From contig NC_045707.1 of NCBI RefSeq assembly GCF_009834535.1, positions 59,460,001 to 59,524,000 on the forward strand: a stretch of 64,000 nt of DNA, given 5' to 3'. Positions 13,132 through 25,351 of this stretch are shown here, piece by piece. The DNA is from Camelus ferus. Lineage: Eukaryota. The notes beneath the pieces were generated by a model. The model did no database searches and was not told the origin of the DNA. It saw nothing but the letters and a program-made list of their open reading frames with translations. Position 1 is the first letter of the stretch. Every line of letters begins with the position of its first letter. The position numbers and the translations under genes are program-made.

Positions 13132-16100
13132 CTGTTAAAACAAAGAAAATCCCTAAGGACATAATGTAAACAGAACTTCCAAATTACACATCCAACATAA
13201 ATAGTTCTCTGAATTACACAAAAAAAGGTTTTTTTGGTAACACATATTTAACGCTCAACTCATTGGAAAAGGCCAACCAAAAGAGACCAGATGTCCATTG
13301 TTGTCATACATTCAATGATTATGTAGTGACAGGACTATCAGAAGATAGATTGAATTACATGTTAACATAATTCTCCTCGAGATTCTATACACCCAGGGCT
13401 TTGGCAGTCTTTCCTTCCCCGTGCCAATCACTAGACCTCTGCTGTGACTGCATGGGCAGGAGAATCACAGGGGTGGAAATGAGGAAGACCTTCTCTGCCT
13501 AAGTTAGTGACAAGTTCCAATGGACAGAGAAGGAAAAAATGTTAATACTTATTTTTTGTATTTAAGTGATCTTTAATAAAAATAAAGGCAGACGTATTGC
13601 CATTTACCTATAAGAGAATAAAGATAATACATATCTGCTTGAAGTATAAGCTTGCTTCTGGTACCATTTATTTAAATATTCTCATGAAATTAAACTACGT
13701 CATCTTTTAGAAATTATAAATTAGATGTTTAAAAGGCTGTAAGTTTTCAGTCTCTATTTTAAAGAAGTTTCCATTGGTCCTAGAAAGGGATGAAAGAATG
13801 TGTCTGGAGAAAATGAGAAATGGCCTCTAAAAATAGAGGAAGAGGGTGGCAATAACTAAGTGGAACAAGTCTAGGGAGTTCTGTCATAATCTCTGGCATG
13901 TGGGTCACCAAAGAGCACAATTAATTTGCATTTGCAGAATGATAGCTCTCTTCCATTAGAACCTCAAACAATCAAAATTAAAAACACAGGATATGCATAA
14001 TGGGGATGACATAACATGAATGCAGACATACTGACTTGAAATGTAATCACTCAAAAATCAAAGCTAAAATGTTTTCTTCTATGCGTGCTCCGTTATTTAG
14101 CACTTCAACAGAAAGCATCCAAAAGCACCCTACAACTTTTATGTATCAGAAATGTCCACATAAGGTATATTGTGTAGAGGCCAGTTCTGGTATGTATCTT
14201 GATGATAGAACTGTTTTTAGTAGTGTGGATAAACCAGCAAACAGAAAGGAATCATACTGAATAAATACGAGACCTTTAAATATCAACTACATTATGCTGA
14301 AGCATTAATAAAGTCATAGGCCACTTTAAAGATGGTATTGTTCCCGTGTGAAAATTTTTTAAAATTTAACCTTACAGAGGACATTGAAAATAGGCATTGT
14401 TTTGGCTGTGCTATTAATTGGATAAACATTATATGTTCGTATGAGGCAGAGAATTTAATCAAAGAAAAATCAGGAAAAAACTGTTTACCTATATAAGTTA
14501 AAACTTTAAGTAGAAATATGTGTTTGAATCTGCATATTAATAATTTTATAATACAGATACCCTAAAAGGTCAAATCCCTAAAAGGTCAAAAATGTACATC
14601 CCTGCAGGAGTCAAAAAGGCAGTGGGAATGTGTGGAGAAGGAATTTTAACCAACAGTCTGAAGATGCTGTTTGCCTAAAGCCAGGAGATGCTGTGCAGGA
14701 CTGTAAAGGTGGGGCAGCTAGATCTGATATTTAAAAACAAGCCAGAAATTTGTAAAGTTGGCTACAACTATAAATTACTTTTAAATTTAAAACCGAAAAA
14801 CAAAAAAATTACTTTTAAGGTTCGATTTGGTCACAAAGAACAAAACAAACAAAATAAATGAGAACTAGTGATAGCCAACACCACCAATAATCTAGAGTAG
14901 CTAGAGAGAATATCAGTTAAAGAATTCATTTGTTTGTTTATTTACGATATTTTAATGGGGGGAAATTTAAACCATAATTAAAATTTTTATGAAAAACTAT
15001 TGATTTACTAGTACTAGAACCTTGAATATCAATAAAGTATTCTGAAATTGTAGATAAACAGGTAAGTCATGAATCTGCCTACATCTCTATTGCATCTTTC
15101 TAATTATTTTGTCTTAAATATTTACTCTTTAGCACAGATTCCCTCAAGTATGGCTCTCTGGTCTTTGTAGTGTTCCCAATATTCTGCGGACTTAATTATA
15201 GTAAAGCCAGGATCTTTGATACAATCTATTTTTCTCTTCAACAGATCATAAAGTTCTCGGGGGTACTTTAAAGGATTAGAATAAATTGCTTTGGCTTGCA
15301 ATTTTGTTCCCAGGAAAGGAAAAAGTGCAGCATCTTATATTAAAAATTATTTCAATCCAGTAATTGATTGGAAGAAACTAGTTACTGTTCTATCTTATAT
15401 AATATACCTCTGGAGGTAATTTGCTTTTCACAGTTTAATATTCATCAATATGTTTTACTAAGAATCAAGTTTAAAGCATTCATTTATTCAAGATTAGTTT
15501 ATTTAAAGTTTATTTTAGAAAAATTGTTGATCTGGCTACTTACAATACTAGAACCCTCCCATTTGTAAAACTGGTCTATTTCAAAGATTGAAAAATAAAA
15601 ATTAAAAAAAAATTGCCTAAAGAGAATAGGTAACTGTATACTTTCCAGTGTGTTTCTATAGTGAAAATATATACTGATTTTTGCTAAAATATAGATCAAA
15701 GTAAACTATTAACATTGCATTTATATTATAGCTATAAAACTCATCAGTCTTATCACCCAGTTTTATTTGAGGGTTACTTGCTTACAAATAGTTACCTGAC
15801 CATTTCTCTCTGTTTTTAATGTATGAATGTCAAAGAAATAGGTTGATGGCTAAATGGTCAACTTGCTGCAGTTACATTTATGATTAAAAAATCATTAGCA
15901 TTTTGGAGGGTGATTCTGGTTAACAGATCATAACCTATTTGCAGCATGCTTAGTCTGAGGTGACATGCCAGTATCAGTCATAGGCTGAACAAAAGTTTGG
16001 GAAAGGTATCAGGCACTTTCAGTGACCAATGGTACTTTTACAAATAACACAATAAAGATACATAGCCAAGACCATTTCTGAAAGCTTTAGGTGTGGCAGG

Positions 16101-16877
16101 AAACAAAAACAATTAAGTTCATCAGGGAAAAAGGGGCAGTTTTAAGACATGCTCTTAGGGGAAGAGTACCAAAATATCTGAGAAATAGTTTTGGGGGGAA
16201 GAGAATCTGGAGCCATCTTTGATGCTTTCTGATAAGTCGGCTAGGTAAGGAATGCCTCACTATGTTCTTCACTTTAAGTTTAAAAGAAAATAGTAATTCA
16301 TTAAATGAATGGGAAACATCTCAGAAAGTGGTGTCTTTTCAAAGGCCTATTAAAGTGTCACTGGTGTAATTTTCTCTAAGATTGCATATCTGACAACAGA
16401 TCTGTTTGCTAGTTCAACTAGGATTCCCAGTGACCCCTTTGCTATTTTTCCACAGAAATGCTAATATAGAAAATTTAACATTTCACTCAGAGCACCATTT
16501 TAATTTGGACTTGAAAATGCTGAAATTATCTGGAGGAGATGTGCTGTCCTGGAGCTGAGGCCAAATCACTGATATGTCTCGAGAAAACATTCAATACACA
16601 AATACATGCTTTGAATTGTATTCAAATTGCCTATTGAGTGTGTATATATGTGCATTCACATTAAGAAACTAATTATCCCATTTTCTTATCCTTAAAGGTT
16701 ACTTCCTTCTGCAATCTCGGTAGGAAGCCCATACAAAGGGCCCAGTCGCATCCATCCTACGTCCCTTTGCAAAGTGGCACTCCCACTGAAATCAAGGGAA
16801 CGTCACAGGGGAGGAGGGGAGGCGCCGTGCAGGGAAGAGGGGGTGAGGGCTTCACGGATGCCTCCGGGAAAGCTCAC

Positions 16878-17367
16878 CTTTCTGAGAGAGTAGATCTCAC
16901 ACTACCCGTTCTCACGAGCAGGCTCTGCACCTCGTGGGTGCCTGTGGTCAGTCCAGACAGGGAGCCATGGTGGCTGAGGGGGAGGTCAATGGACTCCGAG
17001 CTCGTGTGGAGGCTAGTCATGGACTGGTAGCTCGGAGTGTCCTTGCTGCCAGCAGAGGAACTGCTCAGGTTGGCAGCCCACACGAGACCACCCTGAGGCG
17101 AAAGAGTGAACCGACGCGGGGCTGGAAGCCAACGAGTGACTTAAGCTTATGACATCTGTAGTTAGGTCTGAGGGCTTATTGAAGAGAGGGCTACTGCTGC
17201 CACTGAGCCCGCCAGCACTGCCCAGGCTGCCCGTGCCGGACGACGGCGACTCCAGACTGCCTTGCCGCGCTAATGTGGTACTAGGACTGGGCATTACTGG
17301 GGAGGATTTCACACCCTCCGTGCTAGGTGCGGAGGCAGATTTGCCACCTGCCTTGGCCCCAAACAAC
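16878..17367 (-). CDS. NAV3: NAV3 exon, 490 nt as given, with a +1 frameshift at 17091-17093; (R)LFGAKAGGK...SFASG / GLVWAANLSS...RSTLSE
   Basis: Acceptor TTTTCTTTTAG|G, donor AAG|GTGAGC. The NAV3 peptide is split over ORFs 17013..17366 and 16874..17083 in different frames. Flanking phases (2 and 2) require a length divisible by 3, i.e. 489. Confidence 0.93.
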
Positions 17368-18024
17368 CTAAAAGAAAAACAAATAACAACTTCAGTTGTT
17401 CCGAGACACTAACAGCCACATTTCATATTTCGGGTTACAGTACACAGAGCCAGGTGCGCTTCAGTGGACCCAGCCACCGAGCGCTTCCTGTCTCTGTGTT
17501 AATGAACTTGAGAAACTTGAACTTCTTTATCCAGTGCCCCAAATCTCTCCTGTCACCGTAAGGGTAAGTCAGTCGGTACTGGGCTGTACCCCCCGATGGT
17601 GGGAGGACACAGGCCAAACAAAAGGAAGCGGAGCTCAAAAGTGGAAATCCCTGGTTTGCACAATTAAGTGTTCATGAGACTTTTTTTGCAAAGATGAAAT
17701 CGTTTGACCACATTTGTTGTTACCTATTTAGAGAACCATTATAATGAAACAACTTCTACGCATTCGGTATATGACACTGAAATGATTTTTCTTTCTTTCT
17801 TTTTTTCATTTTAACAGTTTTTCCAAAATGTCAAAGGAATGCTTAAGGCAAGGTTTTGGAGGTTATGTTGTGTAGCTGGTGACCTGAGTGGTTGTCAGAG
17901 ACTAGTTGGTTAGAAACAACATTGGACGTTGTTGGCAACATATTGGTTTGTCTGTATTTTCCCCAAGAAAGACCAAAGGGTTTTATGTCAGTTGCCACTG
18001 CTAGTCAAATACATATTTGCTTTT

Positions 18025-18166
18025 CCTTTTTTTGGGGGGGGGGGTAGAGGGAGGTAATTAGGTTTATTTAGTTATTTTTTTTAATGGAGGTACTGAGAAT
18101 TGAAGCCAGGACCTCAGTGCATGCTAACCATGCACTCTACCACTGAGTGTACCCTCCCCGCCTCAA
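18025..18166 (-). mobile_element. tRNA-Ala-derived SINE (vic-1 type), second copy
   Basis: Reverse complement is homologous to the 39727 element; TSD atatttRctttt (18013-18024 / 18167-18178). Confidence 0.85.
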
Positions 18167-19444
18167 ATATTTACTTTTAAGAGTGATTTGAAACACAGTT
18201 GGTGCTAAGTTAGATGTTGGAGTTTAGTTCAGAAAACATTTTAGTTTTGCAAATGAAGCAGATGATATAATTGAATTTATGTAAATGTGGAAATAAAGTG
18301 ATATGAAGTAATGGCATAATGATTACTAATTAAGCTGCAATGAAATCTGTATTTCCTCTAGCAAAATATTTTATGACGAATATGAGAAATTGTTTCATAG
18401 GTAATGGGCCACTGGAGGGCACTATTGGCTTTTACTTAAGCAACAGAAACAGTTATTCTCACAACAAAGATTATTCTTTCCAGTGAGAATCAACATTTCA
18501 AAAAGTCAGCTCTTCAGCATTAATATTTCTACTGAGGAATATAAAACCTCTAGGTTTTTCAAACAATCATGTATTGAGATTGCTTGAAATGTAAAAGTAA
18601 ATGTTTCAAGACCCTCTATTTCCCAGGTATCAAGGCTCTTGATTTAGTCAGCATAATAAAAGCAAACATTAAAAATATTTAACATGTAACAGACTATAAA
18701 TTATACTCTATCATTTCATAGATGGGGAAACAGACCTAGAGAGATTTAACTATTTGTCCCAAGTTTTAACAGTATGTATTTTCCTGCCACTTAAAACACA
18801 TCAGTATTTAAAAACAGGGCTATCTCACGGCAGAATTCTGCACGTTCAATAACAAAGACAATTTCTGTGCAGAAACCAAGCCCTGCTTGGTTTGTCAGAG
18901 TCATAGCAAAGAAACATGACGAAGAATTAGAAAACCTAGCCCATTCCTTAGTTATAATCTTGTACCAAACATCCAAATGTTTTCAAGTTCTGTCAGTCAT
19001 ACCATGCCGTGATTTTCATTAACATGTCAAGACACAATACTGTATAAATCTGTCCACTGTGACCTGGTACTGTGCAAGGGACACAATTTCATCCACCGTC
19101 GCGATCATCAGCTCATTAAGAGCCAGCAACATAATAAACACTAGAATGAATACCAACAGCCATGAAGACTTATTTGGTTTGATTTGATTTTTAACTGTGG
19201 AAAGATGAAAATCTATGGAAATTTTACAAGCTACTGCTTTATTTTATCACTTCCCCTAGGTACTGCCATCTGCTTTCAAGTCTCTCATGAATGTTGTTTC
19301 TGGTGCTAATACTGCAATGATAGCAAGACTGCAAAGTCTGAGCATTTCTCACCATGAGCCGTATTTTTTCATTAAGCTATTGATATCATCAGCTTCTTAA
19401 AACTCGTACTCAGAAACTAAGATTCTAAGATATATGTATCATAG

Positions 19445-19508
19445 TGTGTATGTGTGTGTGTGTGTATGTGTGTGTGTGTATGTGTGTGTGTGTACCATAT
19501 ATATATAT
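19445..19508 (+). repeat. Interrupted (TG)n followed by (TA)n microsatellite
   Basis: Read directly from the sequence. Confidence 0.92.
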
Positions 19509-19610
19509 TTAGGATATATACTTATCTTTTATAGGATAGTATATAGGATACATCTATACCCTGAGGTACAGCATTTTGTATTTTCCCAGCATCATCTGAC
19601 GCATTCTTAC

Positions 19611-20319
19611 CTTCGAAATGTCGGAGAGGCAATGTCAGGATACTTGGATCCTGGCTGCCGGAGCCCTTGGGTCCCACAGGCACTAGCAGATGTGGGGCTG
19701 GATTTGGGGGAACCTGACAGAGAAACACTCTCTGAATCTGAGACTGCTACTTTTTCCTTCTCCTTGTCTGTCTGGTTGACAGTGACAGGACTGGAACGCC
19801 CCGACCCAATCTTGGTGGGTTCTCTGAGTTTCGAGGTGGTGGCCCCGGCTGACTTGCTGCTGACGTTGGAATCAATGCTGCTGGTGCTGGATCTGTGGCC
19901 ACCTCTGCCCGGGATGCCGCTGGGGCTGGATTTCGAAGGGCGGGGCAAGCTGCGGTACTGGAGGGAAGTCTTGGAGCTACCATGCAGCGCCACGTCATCC
20001 TGATTCTGGGAGCCATCCAAACTGGTTTTCCTCCCCGCACCGGCCTTCCCACCGATGGCGGCAGATTTGGGGATTTTACCCAGCGTCGCGGAACCGCTCG
20101 TTATGGCGGCTCCACTGCTTGTGACCATCGGAGATGACCCCACCCCGCTTGGTTTCTTAAACCCGAAAGAGCCAGTGGCCGTTGATCTTCCAATGCCCGA
20201 GGGCGGCTTTTTCCCCTCATCCCCACTGCTTTTTCCTGCATCCGAAGGAGACCTCTGTAGAGACGATCCTTTCAGGGGAGTTTTCCCTTTCTCAGAAGCT
20301 TTGGCATCATCGGTTTTTC
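19611..20319 (-). CDS. NAV3: NAV3 exon, 709 nt, (G)KTDDAKASEKGK...SKYPDIASPTFR(R); contains SGIP, an SxIP-type EB-binding motif
   Basis: Acceptor CCTTAATTAG|GA, donor AAG|GTAAGA, phase 1 to 2; in frame with ORF 19607..20143. Confidence 0.95.
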
Positions 20320-20403
20320 CTAATTAAGGAGAAATACACAAATTCATATGCCTGCGCATTAACACTCTCTTTTTTCATCAAGTCTAATTCAGACATGATG
20401 TTT

Positions 20404-20895
20404 AAAAAGTTGTGGTACATATATACAATGGAATAATACTCAGCCATAAAAAGAATAAAATAATGCCATTTGCAGCAACATGGATGGACCTGGAGATTGT
20501 CATACTAAATGAAGAGAAGGACTAATACTGTATGATATCACTTCTATGTGGAATCTAAAAACAATGGCACAAATGAACTTATTTACAAAACAGAAACAGA
20601 CTCACAGACAGAAAACAAACTTATGGTTACCAGAGAAGGAAAGGGGGTGGGAAGGGATAAATTAGAAGTTCAGGATTTGCAGATATTAACTACTATATAC
20701 AAAATAGATAAACAACAAGGTCCTACTGTATAGCATAGAGAACTATATTCAATATCTTGTAATGGCCTATAATGAAAAAGAATATGAAAGGGAATGTATA
20801 TATGTATAACTGAATCACTATGCTGTACACTAGAAATTAACACATTGTAAACCGACTATACTTCAATAAAAAAAAAAAAGAAAGTGAAAAAAAAA
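20404..20895 (+). mobile_element. 5'-truncated L1 3' end
   Basis: L1 motifs (tgtggtacatatatacaatggaat, gccatttgcagcaacatggatggacc), poly-A, and a candidate 7-bp TSD gatgttt (20397-20403 / 20896-20902). Confidence 0.9.
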
Positions 20896-21319
20896 GATGT
20901 TTCATATCTCCAGCATTCCAATCCTGGAATGTGATTGCTCTTGCTTCTCAGAGTTGGAAGTGAAATGCAGGTGCATAGTTAAAATAAATATTCCAAACTT
21001 TCATAAGAAAGTCAGAATGAAAGCAATTTTATTATTATTATTTTTTGAATAAGTAGGCTTATTGGACTTCCATGTCACCAGAAATGACTCTGGCAAAATA
21101 AAGACCCTCACCAAATTAGGATGGTGCTCTGTGGAGAATGCCTGGAATGCTAAGTTTATGTGGACTTCCATGATAAAGCATATGAAATTTAGACAGAAAA
21201 TATTAAACAGTATGAAGAATCTGATTTAATTAAGAAAAGCTACTATAAAGACAACAAAGATTGAATGGAAGCAATAAATGAAAATAATCTGGCATAACAG
21301 CTGCCAGAGACAAGCCTAC

Positions 21320-21590
21320 CAGGGGTCTTGAGCGCACTGGTCCCAGCTTTCTGCCTAGATGGCGTTCCTCCTTGGGCAGACATGCCCCTCCTCCAGGAAC
21401 CTGTCTGTGAAACAGACAGGGAGGCTTTCTGCCCCGCCTTCTCGGGGTCTTCAGGAAGTCCGGTGGAAACGCCCTTCCACTTGCCACCCCCATCCCCCTG
21501 GCTACCAAAGTCCTCCTCGGTTTTTTTCAGTTCCTCTGTACTATCCCAGGGCTCCTCTGCTGCAGATCGTTTTTCTGAATCGGTCTTCAG
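21320..21590 (-). CDS. NAV3: NAV3 exon, 271 nt, LKTDSEKRSAAEEPWDS...QKAGTSALKTP(G)
   Basis: Acceptor TTCTTCGTAG|CTG, donor CTG|GTAGGC, phase 0 to 1. Open frame translated by hand; the ORF track does not show this frame. Confidence 0.95.
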
Positions 21591-22224
21591 CTACGAAGAA
21601 AAAAAGGTGACAGAAAAACTTTGTGTAGAAAAATCTATCAAGCACTGGAATGTACTTTCAGATGACTGGTTAAAAAAAAAAAAAGAGGAGCAGTGATTTA
21701 TATTTCAAAAGAATTCCAGAGACTCCTCTATTTTTATCTCTGTCTTCATTTAAGTTTCATTAACTTTAGCTGTATAATTCTCACTTGCACATATTAGAGA
21801 AATGTCAGGAGAAATGTGTGCAGAAAATCCCAATTAAGCACTCCAGAGAGGGAGGCATTTTCTATGTCAAATCTAACAAGGAGAAGTAAGACAAGATAAA
21901 ACTTAATTATGTAATATCCATTCTCGATTCATCATTCTCAAGAGGTCCAGCAAGGCATCTCAGAGATCAATATAAAATTAATCAAGTAAAGTCCAAAATT
22001 AGACTATTAAAATCAGTTTTAGATTTATAAACAAATATATCAATATTATAAACAAACATATGGCAACACAAGACACTCTGGATTAGATTGTAATCAACTG
22101 AAAAAAATGTATACATAAGCTGCTTCATTTTATGCAGAGGTTGTGCTATATGTCAGTGCAATGTACCATAATTTTTGGAAAAATCTGGCAGAAGCACTGG
22201 AAAGAGGAAGAAGGTGATTCTCAC

Positions 22225-22357
22225 CTGAGTGTTCTTCCGGGAAGGGACTGTGATGTTGGAGTAAGAGCTGACCGAGGAAGTGGTGTTCAAGTCATCGGTG
22301 CTGATGTTATCCAGGGTGTCACTGAGACCACTGCTCACCGAACTGCTGTCATCCCAG
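22225..22357 (-). CDS. NAV3: NAV3 exon, 133 nt, (S)WDDSSSVSSGLSDTLDNISTDDLNTTSSVSSYSNITVPSRKNTQ
   Basis: Acceptor TGTCTTTAG|C, donor CAG|GTGAGA, phase 2 to 0; lies within ORF 22153..22374. Confidence 0.95.
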
Positions 22358-22469
22358 CTAAAGACAAGACACACAGCAGCGATGAACTAAACACAGGATG
22401 CACAATGCAAGTCACCCATATTTCCACTTAACACGTACCAGGCACTGGGGAGAGAATTCTTGTTTTTTT

Positions 22470-22746
22470 CTTCTTTCATTGAAGTGTAATCCAAAAATGG
22501 GCAGAAGACCTAAACAAGCATGTCTCCAATGAAGACATACAGATGGCCAAAGGCACATGAAAAAAATGCTCAGTGTTGCTAATTATCAGAGAAACGCAAA
22601 TCAAAACTACAATGAGGTATCACCTTACACCAGTCAGAATGGCCATCATTCAAAAGTCCATGAATGATAAATGCTGGAGAGGCTGTGGAGAAAAGGGAAC
22701 CCTCCTACACAGTTGGCAGGAATGTAGTTAGGTGCAGTCATTATGC
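22470..22746. mobile_element. L1 insertion with 5' inversion: short minus-strand 3' end plus plus-strand ORF2 segment
   Basis: ORF2 C-terminal sequence (aaaaatgggcagaagacc...gaaaagggaaccctcctacac) flanked by a perfect 17-bp direct repeat agaattcttgttttttt (22453-22469 / 22747-22763). Confidence 0.85.
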
Positions 22747-24179
22747 AGAATTCTTGTTTTTTTAGTCTTTTGAAGAAAAATATTCACTGTTCCTATTTGG
22801 AAAATCATACTATTAAGAGCTGAGTGCAAATCTGAGAATAACCTTATTGAAAGTTTGCAAAGAATCAGCGTCTAGAGGAGATCCAGGGGGATGTTTATAG
22901 AATGAATAAAAATATCACTACAAATACTGCCTGGCATCAGGAAAGAATAACATAACCCATAACATTTTTTTTTCTCCTGAGAAAGCAACCAGGAGTCACA
23001 GAGCATGTAAGAATTCACCCTTTGTGCTAAAAATTAAAACAAAACAAAAACAAAAACAAAATGGTGCTTTAGTTAGGAAACAGAAAGCCATTCCTCATTC
23101 TTTTCTCCTACCTGAGTAACTGCTTCCAATTATTCACCGAATCTTGAAGACTGAGGCTCATTCTATCATATCACCCCTCCTGCCACCCACCCCACAATTT
23201 CTGGCCTGGACAACATGTAATATCCTCTTATTGGCCTTACTGCCTGCAGTCTTTCTCAATACAACTGCATCTGCTAAATGTGAGTCGATGATCAAAAATT
23301 CACATCTGGCCATGCCACTCTTTTGCAGACTACTCTTCAAAGACTTCTCTTTACCAAAGTAGTGGATTTCCAAAATGGAATGCACCTGCCCTGTGAGGTA
23401 CACAAAGCAATCCACTGGGGGCATAAGAAAACTATGTAAATTTTTGAATATATCTGTTCTTAACCTAAAGGAGAACTAATAAAACAGGTTATATTAATAT
23501 TCACACGCAGGCTAACACGGGTACCCCCATCTAGTCCGTGTGTGAGGTAACTCAGAAGTAACAGAATGAACGGGGTGACCTGAATGAGAATGGGCGCTCC
23601 ACAGAGGGAAGGGGGAACCACCAGTCTCTTACTTACTGGCTGGTTCTCAGTCTCTTGTGGTGTATTGCTGCCTTGCCTGCACTCCATTAATTGAATTCAT
23701 GCACACTGGATATAGATACTAGATACAGAAAACAATGAAGTCTCATAAAACAGACAAGTGGACTAAGAAAACCTCCTGCAAATAATCCACACTCTGACGA
23801 GATGACCCGTGATGGAAGCACAAGCTGAGCACAGAGGATGGTGGACTGACACTTTTCTGACTCCGATACATGTCCTTCATGAGTCACATCGTAAATTAAA
23901 AATAATAGTGAGGTACAGAGATCAGACAGCAAACCAAGTAGAGAAGTAATTATCAAGAAGAAAATCTGAAATTTGAATTTATAGAAAATATTGTTAATGA
24001 CGATCCCTCCCTGGGTGTGTATCTTGCTTGAGCTATTAGCTACTGAGAGCATAAAGCATGATTACCAAACACATTTATAAATCATATTATCAATAGTGAT
24101 TACATTTTAATGAAAGCAAAAGGGTTTTTGTACCACTGCAGCAAATATCTGTCATTTGTGATTGTTCCAATCTTTTGAA

Positions 24180-24600
24180 TACTTCCCTACATCTGATTTT
24201 GATAATTTCCCACATTATGAGTCTTACCTTTCCATGATAGACTGCAAAAAACTCTCATTTCCAGACTCCCTTGTAGACAGATATGGCATATAACATAGGG
24301 CCTATCGTGTGCACCCAGAGAATCACAAATGAGAAAAACAACCCTCAGGCAAACACAGTAGCAGAGTCATTCAATTTCTTGTCAGCACTGGCAGACAGAT
24401 ATCTGTCTCTAGTTCCAAGGGTCACAGAAGCCCAGTAGAGGAGGCAGTGACACCCTGGAGCCATGACTGGCTAAGAGCCTTCATAGAGCCTGGTTCTCCA
24501 ATCACCCCAGTTATTCAGAGAGCCTTCTTATATAATTGCATTCCTTAAATGAGACGAAGTAGATTCTGTAGTTTGCAACTAAGAACCTCTATCAATACGT
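24180..24600 (+). mobile_element. Old MLT1-like MaLR LTR
   Basis: catttccagactcccttgtag and the terminal gattctgtagtttgcaactaagaac motif; boundaries approximate. Confidence 0.55.
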
Positions 24601-24910
24601 TCATAATTAAAAAAAAATTCTTTAATAGATCCTTTAAATTTCATGTTTGTATATGTTATATAATACATATATTATCCTCTCACAGGAAGGCATGCATATA
24701 ATTATAAAATTATAACTATACACTCTTGGGCAACTACTAGCCTAAAGCAAAGGTCAGGCTCCTTTAAAAGACATCGGGGCTTTCTATTAGGTGGCCTTTG
24801 TCTACCGCTTCACCTTAAATTCTTTACAGCCCCTGGCTCACATTCTGTACTTTGACTTAGAGCTACATTCAGTTCCCTTCAGTATCACATTGTTTCCAAC
24901 CTCTGCCTTT

Positions 24911-25351
24911 TGTTATTTTTTGGTCTGTCTTTATTCTGAGCAGCAGGTGGGATACTTCCAGCAGCAGCAGTAGTAGTAATAATAATTTAATAATAATAAT
25001 AATAATAATAATTTACAAAAGCAGGGATTCAATGGAGCCGCCTGGTTGGATCCCTTGGAAGCTCATACATAAATGCTGACCCAGAGGAGCAGAAAGAGGA
25101 CTCCAAAGCCCATGAAGAGTGAGGCCGCCGAGATGAGCTCTTTGTATCCCTAGTGTACTTGGTGGAGGAGACCTCATATATGAAGAACCAGGTGGTGAAG
25201 AACATGCCAGTGGCCAACAGCATCACAGTCAAATGGGGAAAGACTGCCGGGTTCACTGGGCTGGGGCATCTGCTCATGGCCTCAAGTTCCATCTTGCCGG
25301 GCACAGGATGATCCACCACTCTGCTACTGGAAGAACACGTCGGCAGGAGCA
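24911..25351 (-). pseudogene. TMEM258: Processed pseudogene of TMEM258 (oligosaccharyltransferase subunit)
   Basis: Intronless [26 protein letters not shown]... from ATG 25292, frameshifted after KYTRD. The original C-terminus ([18 protein letters not shown]) continues in another frame to TGA 25063-25065. AATAAA at 24930-24935, an A-tail remnant, and a degenerate 16-bp TSD (24895-24910 / 25352-25367). Confidence 0.93.

Noticed and set aside
19434..20327. Plus-strand ORFs of 189, 80 and 90 aa
   Set aside because: They are antisense shadows of the GC-rich NAV3 exon, and one begins in a (TG)n microsatellite.
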